In this document: one piece after another, positions 14,121-25,600 of the stretch
Position numbering within the stretch: the first letter of the stretch is position 1
Layout: each line of letters begins with the position of its first letter
Origin: the human T2T-CHM13v2.0 reference genome, Homo sapiens
Strand: one strand, 5' to 3'
DNA: 64,000 nt
NCBI RefSeq assembly: GCF_009914755.1
Contig: NC_060947.1
Translations under genes and position numbers: made by a program
The notes under the pieces: model-generated
What the model was told of the DNA's origin: nothing
The model's input: only the letters and a program-made list of their open reading frames with translations
The model's database searches: none

Positions 14121-14472
14121 TGTTAAGGACCAAAATAGTTAAAGTGACTCAAATAGAGGTTACAGGCTTTATTCAGTTGATGTGCATCAGGGAACATGCA
14201 ACTCAATGTTAAGTAACTCCTTGAGCCAAAGTAGGATCGGGTTTTTATAGGACAAGCAGCGGAGACTCCTCATCTCTTCTGTGACTGTGGTCTTGTCCCA
14301 GCTTGCAGTTTTCTTTATCTGTAACCGCTGCAAAACTTCCAGTTGGAATGGTTGGAAATTGTTCTGGTTTCTCGGGATCATTGGTGCAATCTCATTTTGG
14401 CTACTGTCAGGACAGTTCTTTCAAATGTGATCTTTGTAAGCTGGTGAGTTGTCTAATGCCAGTTAAGGTACA
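14121..14472 (-). mobile_element. 5' LTR of the ERV (~350 bp)
   Basis: TG...CA termini. On the minus strand, TATAAAA at 14243-14249 and AATAAA at 14168-14173. The PBS follows directly. Confidence 0.7.
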
Positions 14473-15934
14473 GGAAGTGGAGACATAGGAAGGAAAAAAA
14501 GGCAAACAAGAGGATAAAATAAAAGGAGACAAAGTTTCAAGCAAGGAAAAACTGTAGTCTGTTTTAATTCTTTTACAGTTGTCTCTCAGCTTCCACCATT
14601 TATGCACTTCCCACTCAGATGCACAAATTCCAAAGTTCAAACCTCAGATATTTTCTTCTACCTACAGCCCAGCTCTAATGATCCCAGTGATCTGCCCTCC
14701 AAATACTCCTCCGCATCCCAGTTTTGTTGCCTTCAGGTCCTCCATCCCTTAGCCACATCTGTTGGGGTGGGGAGCATGAAATCAGGGAAGGCCTCATGAA
14801 GGAGGCTGCATCTGAGCTGGGCCTTGAGAGATAGGGCAGGATTTGCCAGGGTAGAAACAGAGGCAAAGACCTTTCAGTAGGAGACAATGGAATGAGTGTG
14901 TTCCTTCTTCAAATACAGTATTATGGAGTGTCTTTTTTTGTGTGTGCCAATCATTAATCATGTACTGGGTAAGAGTATGGGCTTTATGGAGAAAGGCTCA
15001 AATCCCAAGCCTTGCCACTTCCTGGCCATACCAGAGCTTGAGGATCAGCCATAACATAATCACTGAAAAAGGCTAATTTGGGGCTTTGACAAACTGGAGA
15101 GCCAGAGCTCTGTTTAGTGGAGATAACTCCTGCTCAGATGTTGGCAATCGTAGCCATGTGGGCCTGCTGGGGTGTGATATTCTGGTATTTCAAGAAAAGC
15201 AAGAATTTTGGATTTTTATGTGAAATATTTTAATGTTTAAAATATTGGCCACCAAATTTAAAGGAATAATTTTATAGGTCAAACTATACACATCTGTATA
15301 CTAAATGTTTATAGTGTTTTTGTTGTTTAAATTGACAGATATCATTGTGCATATTTATCGTGTACAACATGATCTTTTAAAGTATGTCATCATTAAGTAT
15401 AGTCACCACACTGTACAATTGGATCTCTGCATTTGGCAAGTTTGCCATACTGACTTAAAGGCTTAACTGGATACTTATAACAGCAGGCAAGGCTCTCAAA
15501 CTAGGGCCTCTGCTTCGTTTCCAGCCTTGCTTCTACCAACATCTTTCCTTCCCTGCCATTCTCTGGCCCCATATGGTAAAGCTGTTGCCCAGAGGAGCCT
15601 TTTTCTTGCACTTGTTGTTCCCTCTGCTTGAAGTGTCCTTCTCCACATCCCCACTTCAATTTTCTTTTCCTGACTAACATCTTCTGTTATTCAAGGGCCA
15701 TCTCCTTTGACAAGCCTTCACCAATTTCTTCTTGTGCTTCCACAAACCCTGGATAGTGCTTACTCTGCTGTATCGTCATTTCATGTCAACTCATCTTTGT
15801 TTTCCACTAGACTGGGTGGGAAGCCTGAGACATAAGAGAATGCAAGAAGTATTTCTTTAGAAAACGAATAAATGGAATGAATATATGTTTACAAAGCCAC
15901 TTTCATTTATGTAAACATGCACCGCTTCTGTATC

Positions 15935-16420
15935 CACCCATCCATTTATTCAGTAAATATTTATTGAGCACCTATTATGTGCCAGGCCCTGTTCTAGGTG
16001 ATTAGGATGCAGGAATGAACATACCAGATAAAGTCCCTGTCCTCACAGAGCTCATATTTTAGTGCAGAAAGACACTAAACACAGTATGTACTGTAATGTA
16101 ACATGATGATAAATGCTCTATGGAGAAAATAAAAGTAGGGCAAGGAGTTTTAGGGTGACAGGTGCATAGGGCAACTGGGGAAGGGATCGCTGAGAAGGTG
16201 ATACTTGAACAAATATTTGAGGGAAGAGAGGGAGCAAAACCCTACAGACAACTGGAGAAGAGCATACCAAATGGAAGGAACAGCAAATGCAAAGGCCCTG
16301 AAGTGGGAGCATTTTTAGCATGTTTGAGGAATAAAAAGGAGGTCAGAGTGGCTGCAGAAGGCTGAGCAAAGAGTGGTGGGAGATAAGGTCATAGAGGCAA
16401 TGGAGATCTAGACCATATGC
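15935..16420 (-). mobile_element. L2 3' end
   Basis: catttattcagtaaatatttattgagcacctattatgtgccagg...gaacagcaaatgcaaaggccctga. Confidence 0.85.
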
Positions 16421-18231
16421 CATCAACTTATCCAACCACCCATTGAACACATACCCTCACTGAATAATGTGGTAAGAAATTTCAATATTGCTGGGGTGAG
16501 TGGTGGCAGTTCCAGGGAGCTATATGTAGGACAAAACAGCTTTCCCTACAGATAGATGCTTTCCTTAGTTCTCTCCTTACCCAGAGCCCTTCCCACCAGG
16601 TTCTCAGATGCAGGTCCTACAGGAGACCAGGCACTGTTTGCCTTGGGAGGGTCATGAACTGGTGGAAATTGGCCAAGTTGTTTCCTGCTGGTTGGGGCTG
16701 GGACCAGGCTGTGCACCTCCGCCTAGTTGGAAGGGGCTCTAGGGCTGTTATTCATCAGATACGCTGCTGTGTGTAACCATTCTCAAGTTTCCCTCCTTTG
16801 CACCTCTCCCTCTCCCAGGAAGTCACACCAAAAGAGTCAGGAGACCCATGTTCTACTCTCTGCTCTGTCGCTACGAGCGGTGAGATCCAGGGCAGGTTTT
16901 GGGCTCTGTGAAATGAAGGATTTGAACTTGTTCTAGCATTGTTAGGTCACCTCTGTGTCTTAACGCTTTCTGCATGGTGGGCCACCTGAGTTCTATTCCT
17001 GGCAGTGGGTCTTTTGTGACCCTCCTCATGCTGCTGCACCCAGGTGTAAGCACAGCTGGGCTGCTTATTCAAAAGCAGTGCAGGTAGTGGGGTTTGACTG
17101 AAGCCCCAATGTCTCTTCTCCTGAACGTCTCCCTCCACACTTTTCTCCTGGGTGTCCTGACATTTCTGCCATTAGTCATTCCCCACAAAGGTGAGAGACC
17201 ATCTCCAGGGGTAAAGGAGCCAGCAGGCCTGAATGTCTGCCCTGCCCAGACGGGGCTCAGTCATCCTCTTGGAGAGCAGAAAGGAAAGGCATCTCTCCAG
17301 AGGGGGAATGATACGAGCTGAGACTGTTAGAAAACCACTGGGGGAGGCTGATGTGGGGCTCACTACTGAGTGTTCCCGAGCAGCTCCAGACCACAAAGAG
17401 CCAGGGAAAATTAGAAAGCTCACTGCCTGAAAAAAAGCCTTAACAGATGAGGGCTCTGAAGAAATAGTTAATCTCACGGTTTGGTTTAAGGCTAGTTGCT
17501 GTGTAAATAACTCCTCAGCTGTGGATTTTTTAGATCGTGAGGCAGAGTTGAATCCACTAAACAAGCAGAAAAAGGAAGACACAATTTATTTGTCTGGCAA
17601 CTCAGAGGAAGGCTGCACATTCTTGCTTTGCTAATCTCAGCTCTGGCCTTCCACCAGAGTTGCTGCTGCAAAGGATTGTGGGAGTCCTAAGTCCTTCCTA
17701 TCAGAAGGGCTGAACTGGGCAGGAAGACTTGAGGCAGTGGAGGAGGTTTTGGGGTTGGGGGTGCTTGTACAGCCCGGTGACCCAGCATCTCAGGTCAGGG
17801 GGATCCTGGCTGGGAGAGGAGGATGGATGCGTTCTCTTGAATTCTAAGGATTAGAGCATCCTGTGAACTCAGCCAGGTCTGGATTCCAGACCCAAATTGC
17901 TTCCTTTATGAGCTCTCTTTGAAAATATAAAGGCATATTAGGAGCCAAGATGTTCCTTTCACTTTAAACTAGGAGTCACAAGATCACACGAAGTGGGCCA
18001 GGTATAAGCAGCAGGGAGTGAAGGGGATTGTGGGAGCTGGCAGCAGCCACTACTCTGATATCGTCAATTGTTGCCATGGTGCCATCTGCCTGGATGGCCA
18101 CATCTACCAGGTGTTTTTTTGTTTGTTTGTTTGTTTGTTTGTAGAAAGATCTTTACACAATGATTTTAGAAATTTCCCACATTTCAGTGTTGGGAATGAA
18201 TTGCTTTTGCATTTATACCACAAGCATATCG

Positions 18232-18470
18232 AGAGCACTTACTGTCTGCAGGCACTGTTTTAAGCACTTCACAAATAGTAACTTATATAGTTTTTATAAC
18301 AATCTTATATGTAAGTTTTATTATACCTTATTTCGTGGATGAGGAAAACAAAGCACAAAGAAATTAAATAATTTGCCTAAGGTCCCCCAGCCAGTAAGTG
18401 GCAGAGCCTAAGTTTAAAGCCAAGCTGCCTGATTCTAGAGTCCATATTCTTTGTCACTAGGCTATGCTGC
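18232..18470 (-). mobile_element. MIR
   Basis: MIR core gatgaggaaaac...aataatttgcctaaggtc...agtaagtggcagagcc. Confidence 0.8.
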
Positions 18471-18699
18471 CTCTCGTTAAAACCAAAGACAGCGGAAACA
18501 AAGCATATGCAAAACACTGTACAGGACTAAAACCAAACAGACAAATGACCAACAATAAAAAACACACACACACCCAGACCTTTTGTTTGCTTCTTATGAT
18601 TTAAACCCAATAAAACAGAATTTGCCATCTTTGTCATTTTTTCCTGCTTTTGTGTCTACTTTGTACACTCCTTCATACCTAACTCCTGTCTTAACAATT

Positions 18700-18973
<274 letters not shown>

Positions 18974-19439
18974 TAACAATTCTTTTTTTTTTAAAGATAT
19001 TTACAATACTGATATTTTCCAGCCCTTACGTACAACCAATCTTGCCTCCTGCCTTTCTGCCATTCTTGGTCTCTGAAATGCTACTTGTCTCTTTCTTTTT
19101 CTTTTTCTTTCTTTTATTGTCCATTCTAGATTCTCACTTTCAAAATTCATGATCAAATCCTCCCAGAATTCCTCTCCCCTGCCAGGTGGACCCCAATGAG
19201 CAATGAGTATTTGAGGGCTCACAGACATCCCATGCAATGACCCACAGTCTCTTTCCTGTACTTGTATTTATTTGTTTTCTGTGTAGCATAATGCAGCTAT
19301 TCATAATCATAATACTTCTTAGTATTAATCTCTATTTTGTGTGTATTTGTCTTATCTTCCCAGCAAGAGCGTGACCCTGGGGAGCAGGAATTGGGTTGAC
19401 TATGTATTCTGTTGTCCCTTGCCCAGTGCCAGGAGGCCA

Positions 19440-19690
19440 TATCACATAATGGGTAAGGGCATGGGCTTTGGAGCCGTCCCACCTGGGCTCAAGTCTTGGT
19501 CTTCTACTTACAAGCTGTGTGACCAATGGCAAGTCACTTACCTCTCTGAACTTCATTTTCCTCATCTGTAAAATGAGGAGTATAACTAACACTTCCTTTA
19601 TATGATTATTGTGAAACACAATGCATAAGAAATGCTTCAGCCAGGGCCTTATTGTCATCTAGTATGTCATCAGCATTTCGTAGCTCTTAT
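19440..19690 (+). mobile_element. MIR
   Basis: gctgtgtgacc...ggcaagtcacttacctctctgaacttcattttcctcatctgtaaaatgagg. Confidence 0.8.
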
Positions 19691-21674
19691 CACTATGTCA
19701 CAGGTACCATTAATCAGTTTTGGTATCTGTGAAATGCTTCAATTTCTTGGCTCCAAAAGGATGTCTGTTTTTTAGGGTTAATTTCACTCAGGTATGGCAT
19801 TTTTAAGAAGTGTTGGATAGGACCAGTCAAAAAATACAAGGCACTGCAGTTATAGAAATAGAATGTGACTTTTTTGTGGCTCTGGTCAAGCTTAACCTCT
19901 CCAGAATTGAAAGAATTGGAGGGTCTAGGACCTCTTTGTGTTGAATAGGAGTTGGGGGAAGTGCAACTGCACATGCCTGTGATTTTTTTCCAAGCAATCT
20001 ATGACATGTGTTTGTACAGTGCGTCAACACAAATTGCTTAGGAGTAGGCTTCCCCAAACAGTTCAATGTACATAATAGGTTGAGTCACACTATCAGTTAA
20101 CATAGAGTTCCTGGTACTAACCCACTCCAGCCTCCCTACTATCACTAGGTAAGCAATCCCAGGCTACTCAGCACAAGCTGACTCATACTTATTGTTAAAA
20201 CATGACTTGCCAAAGGAGAACTTTCTGCATGGTTCTTCCCTCTAAAACAGGAAACAAAGATATTCCAAATTCAAGATGACAGGAACCTCCATGGCCCTCC
20301 TTCAATACGCCCTTGAAATTCCCCTGCTTCACAGCCTTACTGAGATCCACTTCTAGCACTTTTCTGAAGGCCTCTGGAGGACTCCCAGTAAGATGTCCAG
20401 AGGGCACATTTAGGGACGTGTGGTCACATTAGGTTCATCACTGAGAAAAATTACTGTCCTTATGCGTGGGGATGGCAGGCAGAAGAGGGACTTTCACTGC
20501 ATAACAACATCACAGAGCTCACTTGGGTTTCTCTTACTGTTATTATAATGAGGGCACCAGCAACAGTGGTTGGAATGTTGCACAGGTTTGCAGGTTTGGA
20601 GAGACAGAGAGATGTATGAGGTGGAATTTGAAGTGCCAGGGGGATCTTTAAGAGGAGATGCATGGCAGGCAGTTGGAAAAAGTAATGAAGCCTCAGTGGT
20701 GCAGTTATTGCCCAAGGGGTTTTTGAAACACCTTCTTTAGAACCATTCCAATATAAATGAATTAAAATCTTTAGACTCTAAGCACTGACTAGATTTCACC
20801 TTTCATATGTAATTCAGATTTTTAAAAAATTATACAAAACCACAAAATATGTAAGAGAAAGTTCAATCAATAAATTCTGATTTTCCTTTGATGCTTACTT
20901 TGATGATCAAAAAATATATATGAAAAAGCTTTAGCCTCAGATTTTCCCCATCTACCCTGTTTCTGTTTCTCTCTCATGCTGGTGCCATAAGAATTACATT
21001 GGACTGCCTTTTAGAAACCCCAGACTGCCTTCTAAGTCAGCTCCCAAGCACCGCAAAGACAGTAGCCTCTTTACTTTATGATTACACCTCATTTATTGAC
21101 TACGAAGCAACATTAGTGCACTTGATTACCACCTTATTAATTAGAATTTGCCTCAAGTGACCTAGCTGTTTCCAAAGAGCAAATCTTCATCAAAGGGTAA
21201 TGATTTGCCACTATTTCAGACTTTAGGACATTTAAAAAACATTTCACCTTATCCCACACAATACACAAAAAATACTCCAAATGGATTAAATCCAAATTCA
21301 TAAATTCACCAATTTAACAAATAGTTATTCAGTGCCTACTGTGTGTAAAGCACAGTTCTATGCCCTCGGGATAAATAGTGAACAAAACAGACTGAAATTC
21401 CTACTTTCTTGAAACTTACATTCTAGCTGGGTGGTGAAGCAAATAATAAGTAAATTGTGTATTATGTGAAAAAGTAATGAGTGCTATGAAAAAAGGAAAA
21501 AGCAGGTGGATTGGGAGGGCTGGAGTGGGGACAGTTAAAATTTAAAATTGTGTAACCTTGCTGAAAACTGATAATTGGGCAAAGATCTAGAGAAGATGAG
21601 GGAGTCATTTCTGCTGATACCCAGGGTGAAAGTGTCACACAGGCAGAGTCAACTGCTAGTATAAATGCCTTTTT

Positions 21675-22274
21675 TCATCTTTCTTTTTTTTATTTTACTT
21701 TAAGTTCCATGATACATATGCAGAACGTGCAGGTTTTTTACATATGTTTACATGTGCCATGGTGGTTTGCAGCACCTATCAACCAGTCATCTAGGTTTTA
21801 AGCCCTGCATGCATTAGCTATTTTTCCTAATGCTCTCCTTCCCCTTGAACCCCAACCTCGTGACAGGCCCGGTGTGTGTTGTTCCCCTCCCTGTGTCCAT
21901 GTGTTCTCATTGTTCAACTCCCACTTATGAATGAGAACATGCGGTGTTTGGTTTTCTGTTCCTGTGTTAGTTTGCTGAGAATGATGGTTTCCAGCTTCAT
22001 CCATGTCCCTGCAAAGGACATGATCTCATTGTGGAAGACAGTGTGGCAATTCCTCAAGGATCTAGAATCAGAAATACCATTTGACTCAGCAATCCCAATA
22101 CTGGGTATATACCCAAAGGATTATAAATCATTCTACTATAAAGACACATGTACACGTATGTTTATTGCAGCACTATTTACAATAACAAAGACTTGGAACC
22201 AACCCAAATGTCCATCAGTGATAGGCTGGATAAAGAAAATGTGGCACATATACATCATGGAATACTATGCAGCT
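21675..22274 (-). mobile_element. L1PA 3' end with 5' inversion (twin priming)
   Basis: Antisense 21675-~22030, then sense ~22027-22274. 13-bp TSD taaatgccttttt at 21662 and 22275. Confidence 0.92.
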
Positions 22275-22444
22275 TAAATGCCTTTTTAAAAGTGGGCATG
22301 TGCCAGGCTAGTTGAGGATTCAACAAGGAGAGCAGTATGGCTAGAGCAGAGTGCAGGGGGGAAGTATGCTAAGAGATGAGGTTAGAGAGGTGGTGGTGTG
22401 GGTAAGACAGATCATTTTAGCGTCTTCTAAGCTATTTTATTTTT

Positions 22445-22636
22445 TTAAATTTTAATAATATGTTTTACTTAACCCAATATATTCCAAATATTATTATTTA
22501 TATAGTCAGCATAAGAATTAATGATATTTTTCCATGTTAAGTCTTTGAAATCTAATGTGTTTGCTACACTTACAGCACATTTCAAGTGTTCAAAAGCTAC
22601 TTGAGGCTTGTGGCTGCCACATTGGACAGCACAACT
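22445..22636. mobile_element. MER33/MER3-like hAT-Charlie fragment
   Basis: ttaacccaatatattccaaata...cacatttcaagtgttc...tggacagcaca. Confidence 0.7.
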
Positions 22637-22728
22637 GTAAGAGAAATACAAAGGGCACTGGAATTGACTTAAGCAAATTTAGGGGCTTATAATTGCCCCC
22701 CATCAACCACCTAGAATGTGTTAACTAG

Positions 22729-23090
<362 letters not shown>

Positions 23091-23549
23091 TCTAGCTATT
23101 TTAAATGCTTTGGTTTCTACCAAATTGGAAACGAGTGGAGAATCTGAGCAAAGGTGAGACATGGTCTGACTTACATATTAAAAGAATCTTTTTGCCTGCT
23201 GTGATAAGAATAGACTGTGAGAAGGACAAAGGTGGAAGCAGGAAGACCAGTTAGGAGGCTATAGCCATGATCCGGGTAATGGGCACTGGTGGCTCAGATG
23301 AAGAGGGGGGCAGCAAAGATGGGGGAAGTGCTTAGAGTCTAGATAGGCTTGAAACACAGAGCCCAAAGAATTTGCTGACAAATTGGATGTGTTATATGAG
23401 AAAACGAGAAGACTCAAGGATGATACCAAGGTTTTGTCCTGAGCAACTAGAAGAACAGGATTGCTATAACTGAGATTGCAAGAGATAAAATTATAGAAGC
23501 ATTAACAGAATATATAATATCATAATTATACAATAATAATATAGAATAA

Positions 23550-24670
23550 TATTTCTATAGTCTTGGATTGGGGAAGACTTGCCTAAGGAAGGCATGAAAC
23601 TCAGAAGCTGCAAAGAAAAAAATTGATAGATTAAAACATAATGAAAATTTCTTTATGGTGAAAAACATAAAATTAAAAAGGAAAGTGATAGACCAGAAGA
23701 AAATGTTTATAACATAGATACCAAACCCAGAGTAAGATTCATAACATATAAAGAGTACTTCTATAATATCAGAAGACAGATAACCCAGTGGAAAAATGGG
23801 CTAAGCTTGTAAACAAGCAATTCACAGGGAAAGGAATACCAGTTAGGCCAGTAAACCTCTACAAAGAGGCCCAACCACATTACAGAAATACAAATTAAAG
23901 CAACAACACAATACCAATTTTCACCCATGATACTAGTAAAAATAAAAGGCTGAGGACCACAGAGGAGGTTTACAGAGTAAATAAATAAATAAAAGACTGA
24001 TAATTTTCATTGCCAACAAGGCTGTGGAGAAGCAGGCACTCTCATACACTCTTAATGGAGGTATGGTTTGTAAAGAACTTCTGGCGGACAATTTTGCAGT
24101 CTACCAAAAATGTAAACTACATACCCTTTGATCAAGCAATTCCATTTCTAGGGACCTAATCTACAATAATAATCACACAAGTGGGCAGATCTTGACAAAA
24201 GGATGTTCATTGCACCATTGTCAATAATATTGAAAAACTGGAAACCATCTAAGAATTTACCAATAAGAGAATGATTAAATAAATTGAGGTACATTCATAT
24301 CATGAAATACCATGCAGCCTTAACATGGACAAGGTTGATCTATAGATGCAGCTGGACCTAGTGACAGAAAGAGAGAATAAAAATACTTTTTTTAAGGGAG
24401 AAAAGCAAATTATAGAACAAAATGTACAGTATTATCATCTTTATGTTTTAAAAAACCTCGTGTGTGTGTGTGTGTTTGTGCATGTGTACATGCACAGAAA
24501 AAGGTCTGAGAAAAATGCTAAACTCCTGTTCCATGTGAGCCTGGGAAAGGGATTACATGTGTGAGTGAATGAATGGGACTTTTTTTCCTCTGTATCCTTG
24601 TTTGTCCTTTGAAAACCATTTACTATCAAAATGTATTACTTTTGTAATTTTTAAGTTAAAAATGAGGGAT
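23550..24670 (+). mobile_element. Old L1 (L1ME-like) ORF2 end and 3'UTR
   Basis: aacccagtggaaaaatgggc, cataccctttgatcaagcaattccatttctagg, ggatgttcattgcaccattg. Confidence 0.75.
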
Positions 24671-25145
24671 AAATCAGATATCACATATTTCTGAAAGTTC
24701 CCAAGGAAGAATACTGGGGGCAGTAGCATATTTGTTACATTACAATCACACCGTGCCATTGTGTGGTGTGATAGGAACAGCTTCTAATGCGTGCTATGGT
24801 GACCTTGGGAAAAGCACAGCACTTTTGAGCCTCAGTTTTCTTATATAGAAAATGTAGGTATACCTGACTTATTTGTTGTATTGGAAAGCTACATGTTCAT
24901 TGAACCATTGTCAATAATATTGAAAAACTGGAAACCATCTAAGAATTTACCAATAAGAGAATGATTAAATAAATTGAGGTACATTCATATCATGAAATAC
25001 CATGCAGCCTTAACATGGACAAGGTTGATCTATAGATGCAGTTGGACCCAGTGACAGAAAGAGAGAATAAAAATACCTTTTTTAAGGGAGAAAAGCAAAT
25101 TATAGAACAAAATGTACAGTATTATCATCTTTATGTTTTAAAAAA

Positions 25146-25186
<41 letters not shown>

Positions 25187-25600
25187 TGCATGTGTACATG
25201 CATAGAAAAAGGTCTGAGAAAAATGCTAAACTCCTGTTCCATGTGAGCCTGGGAAAGGGATTACATGTGTGAGTGAATGAATGGGACTTTTTTTCCTCTG
25301 TATCCTTGTTTGTCCTTTGAAAACCATTTACTATCAAAATGTATTACTTTTGTAATTTTTAAGTTAAAAATGAGGGATAAATCAGATATCACATATTTCT
25401 GAAAGTTCCCAAGGAAGAATACTGGGGGCAGTAGCATATTTGTTACATTACAATCACACCGTGCCATTGTGTGGTGTGATAGGAACAGCTTCTAATGCGT
25501 GCTATGGTGACCTTGGGAAAAGCACAGCACTTTTGAGCCTCAGTTTTCTTATATAGAAAATGTAGGTATACCTGATTTATTTGTTGTATTGGAAAGCTAC
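24203..25600. repeat. Direct tandem duplication: copy 1 at 24203-24892 (690 bp), copy 2 at 24893-25600 (708 bp)
   Basis: Near-identical text with about 6 substitutions by eye, and (GT)8 versus (GT)17. The ORF track shows the same ORFs duplicated. Confidence 0.97.

Larger units (their letters stand above)
9310..14472 (-). mobile_element. Degraded class I (gamma-like, ERV1) provirus: 5' LTR, PBS, gag-pro-pol relics; 3' part missing
   Basis: Minus-strand RNase H peptides ANIYTDSRYAFGLVYDFSMLWKQHSFLTASG (~10080-10175) and VKSHT...KGNALSDQYAKQAA (9856-10044 ORF). PBS-like sequence next to an LTR end. Many stops and frameshifts. The gag/pro assignments are weaker than RNase H. Confidence 0.8.

Noticed and set aside
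17172-17582. 136-aa minus-strand ORF, considered as an NLRP-like or other pseudogene fragment
   Set aside because: It has a non-ATG start, and I found no recognisable domain on manual reading. The resemblance to NACHT segments was only a few residues.
21876-22277. 133-aa ORF with L1 ORF2 C-terminal similarity
   Set aside because: It is a chimeric reading across the L1 inversion junction, not a gene.
24346-25467. Pairs of near-identical ORFs suggesting duplicated small genes
   Set aside because: They are chance ORFs in L1-derived and microsatellite sequence, copied by the tandem duplication.
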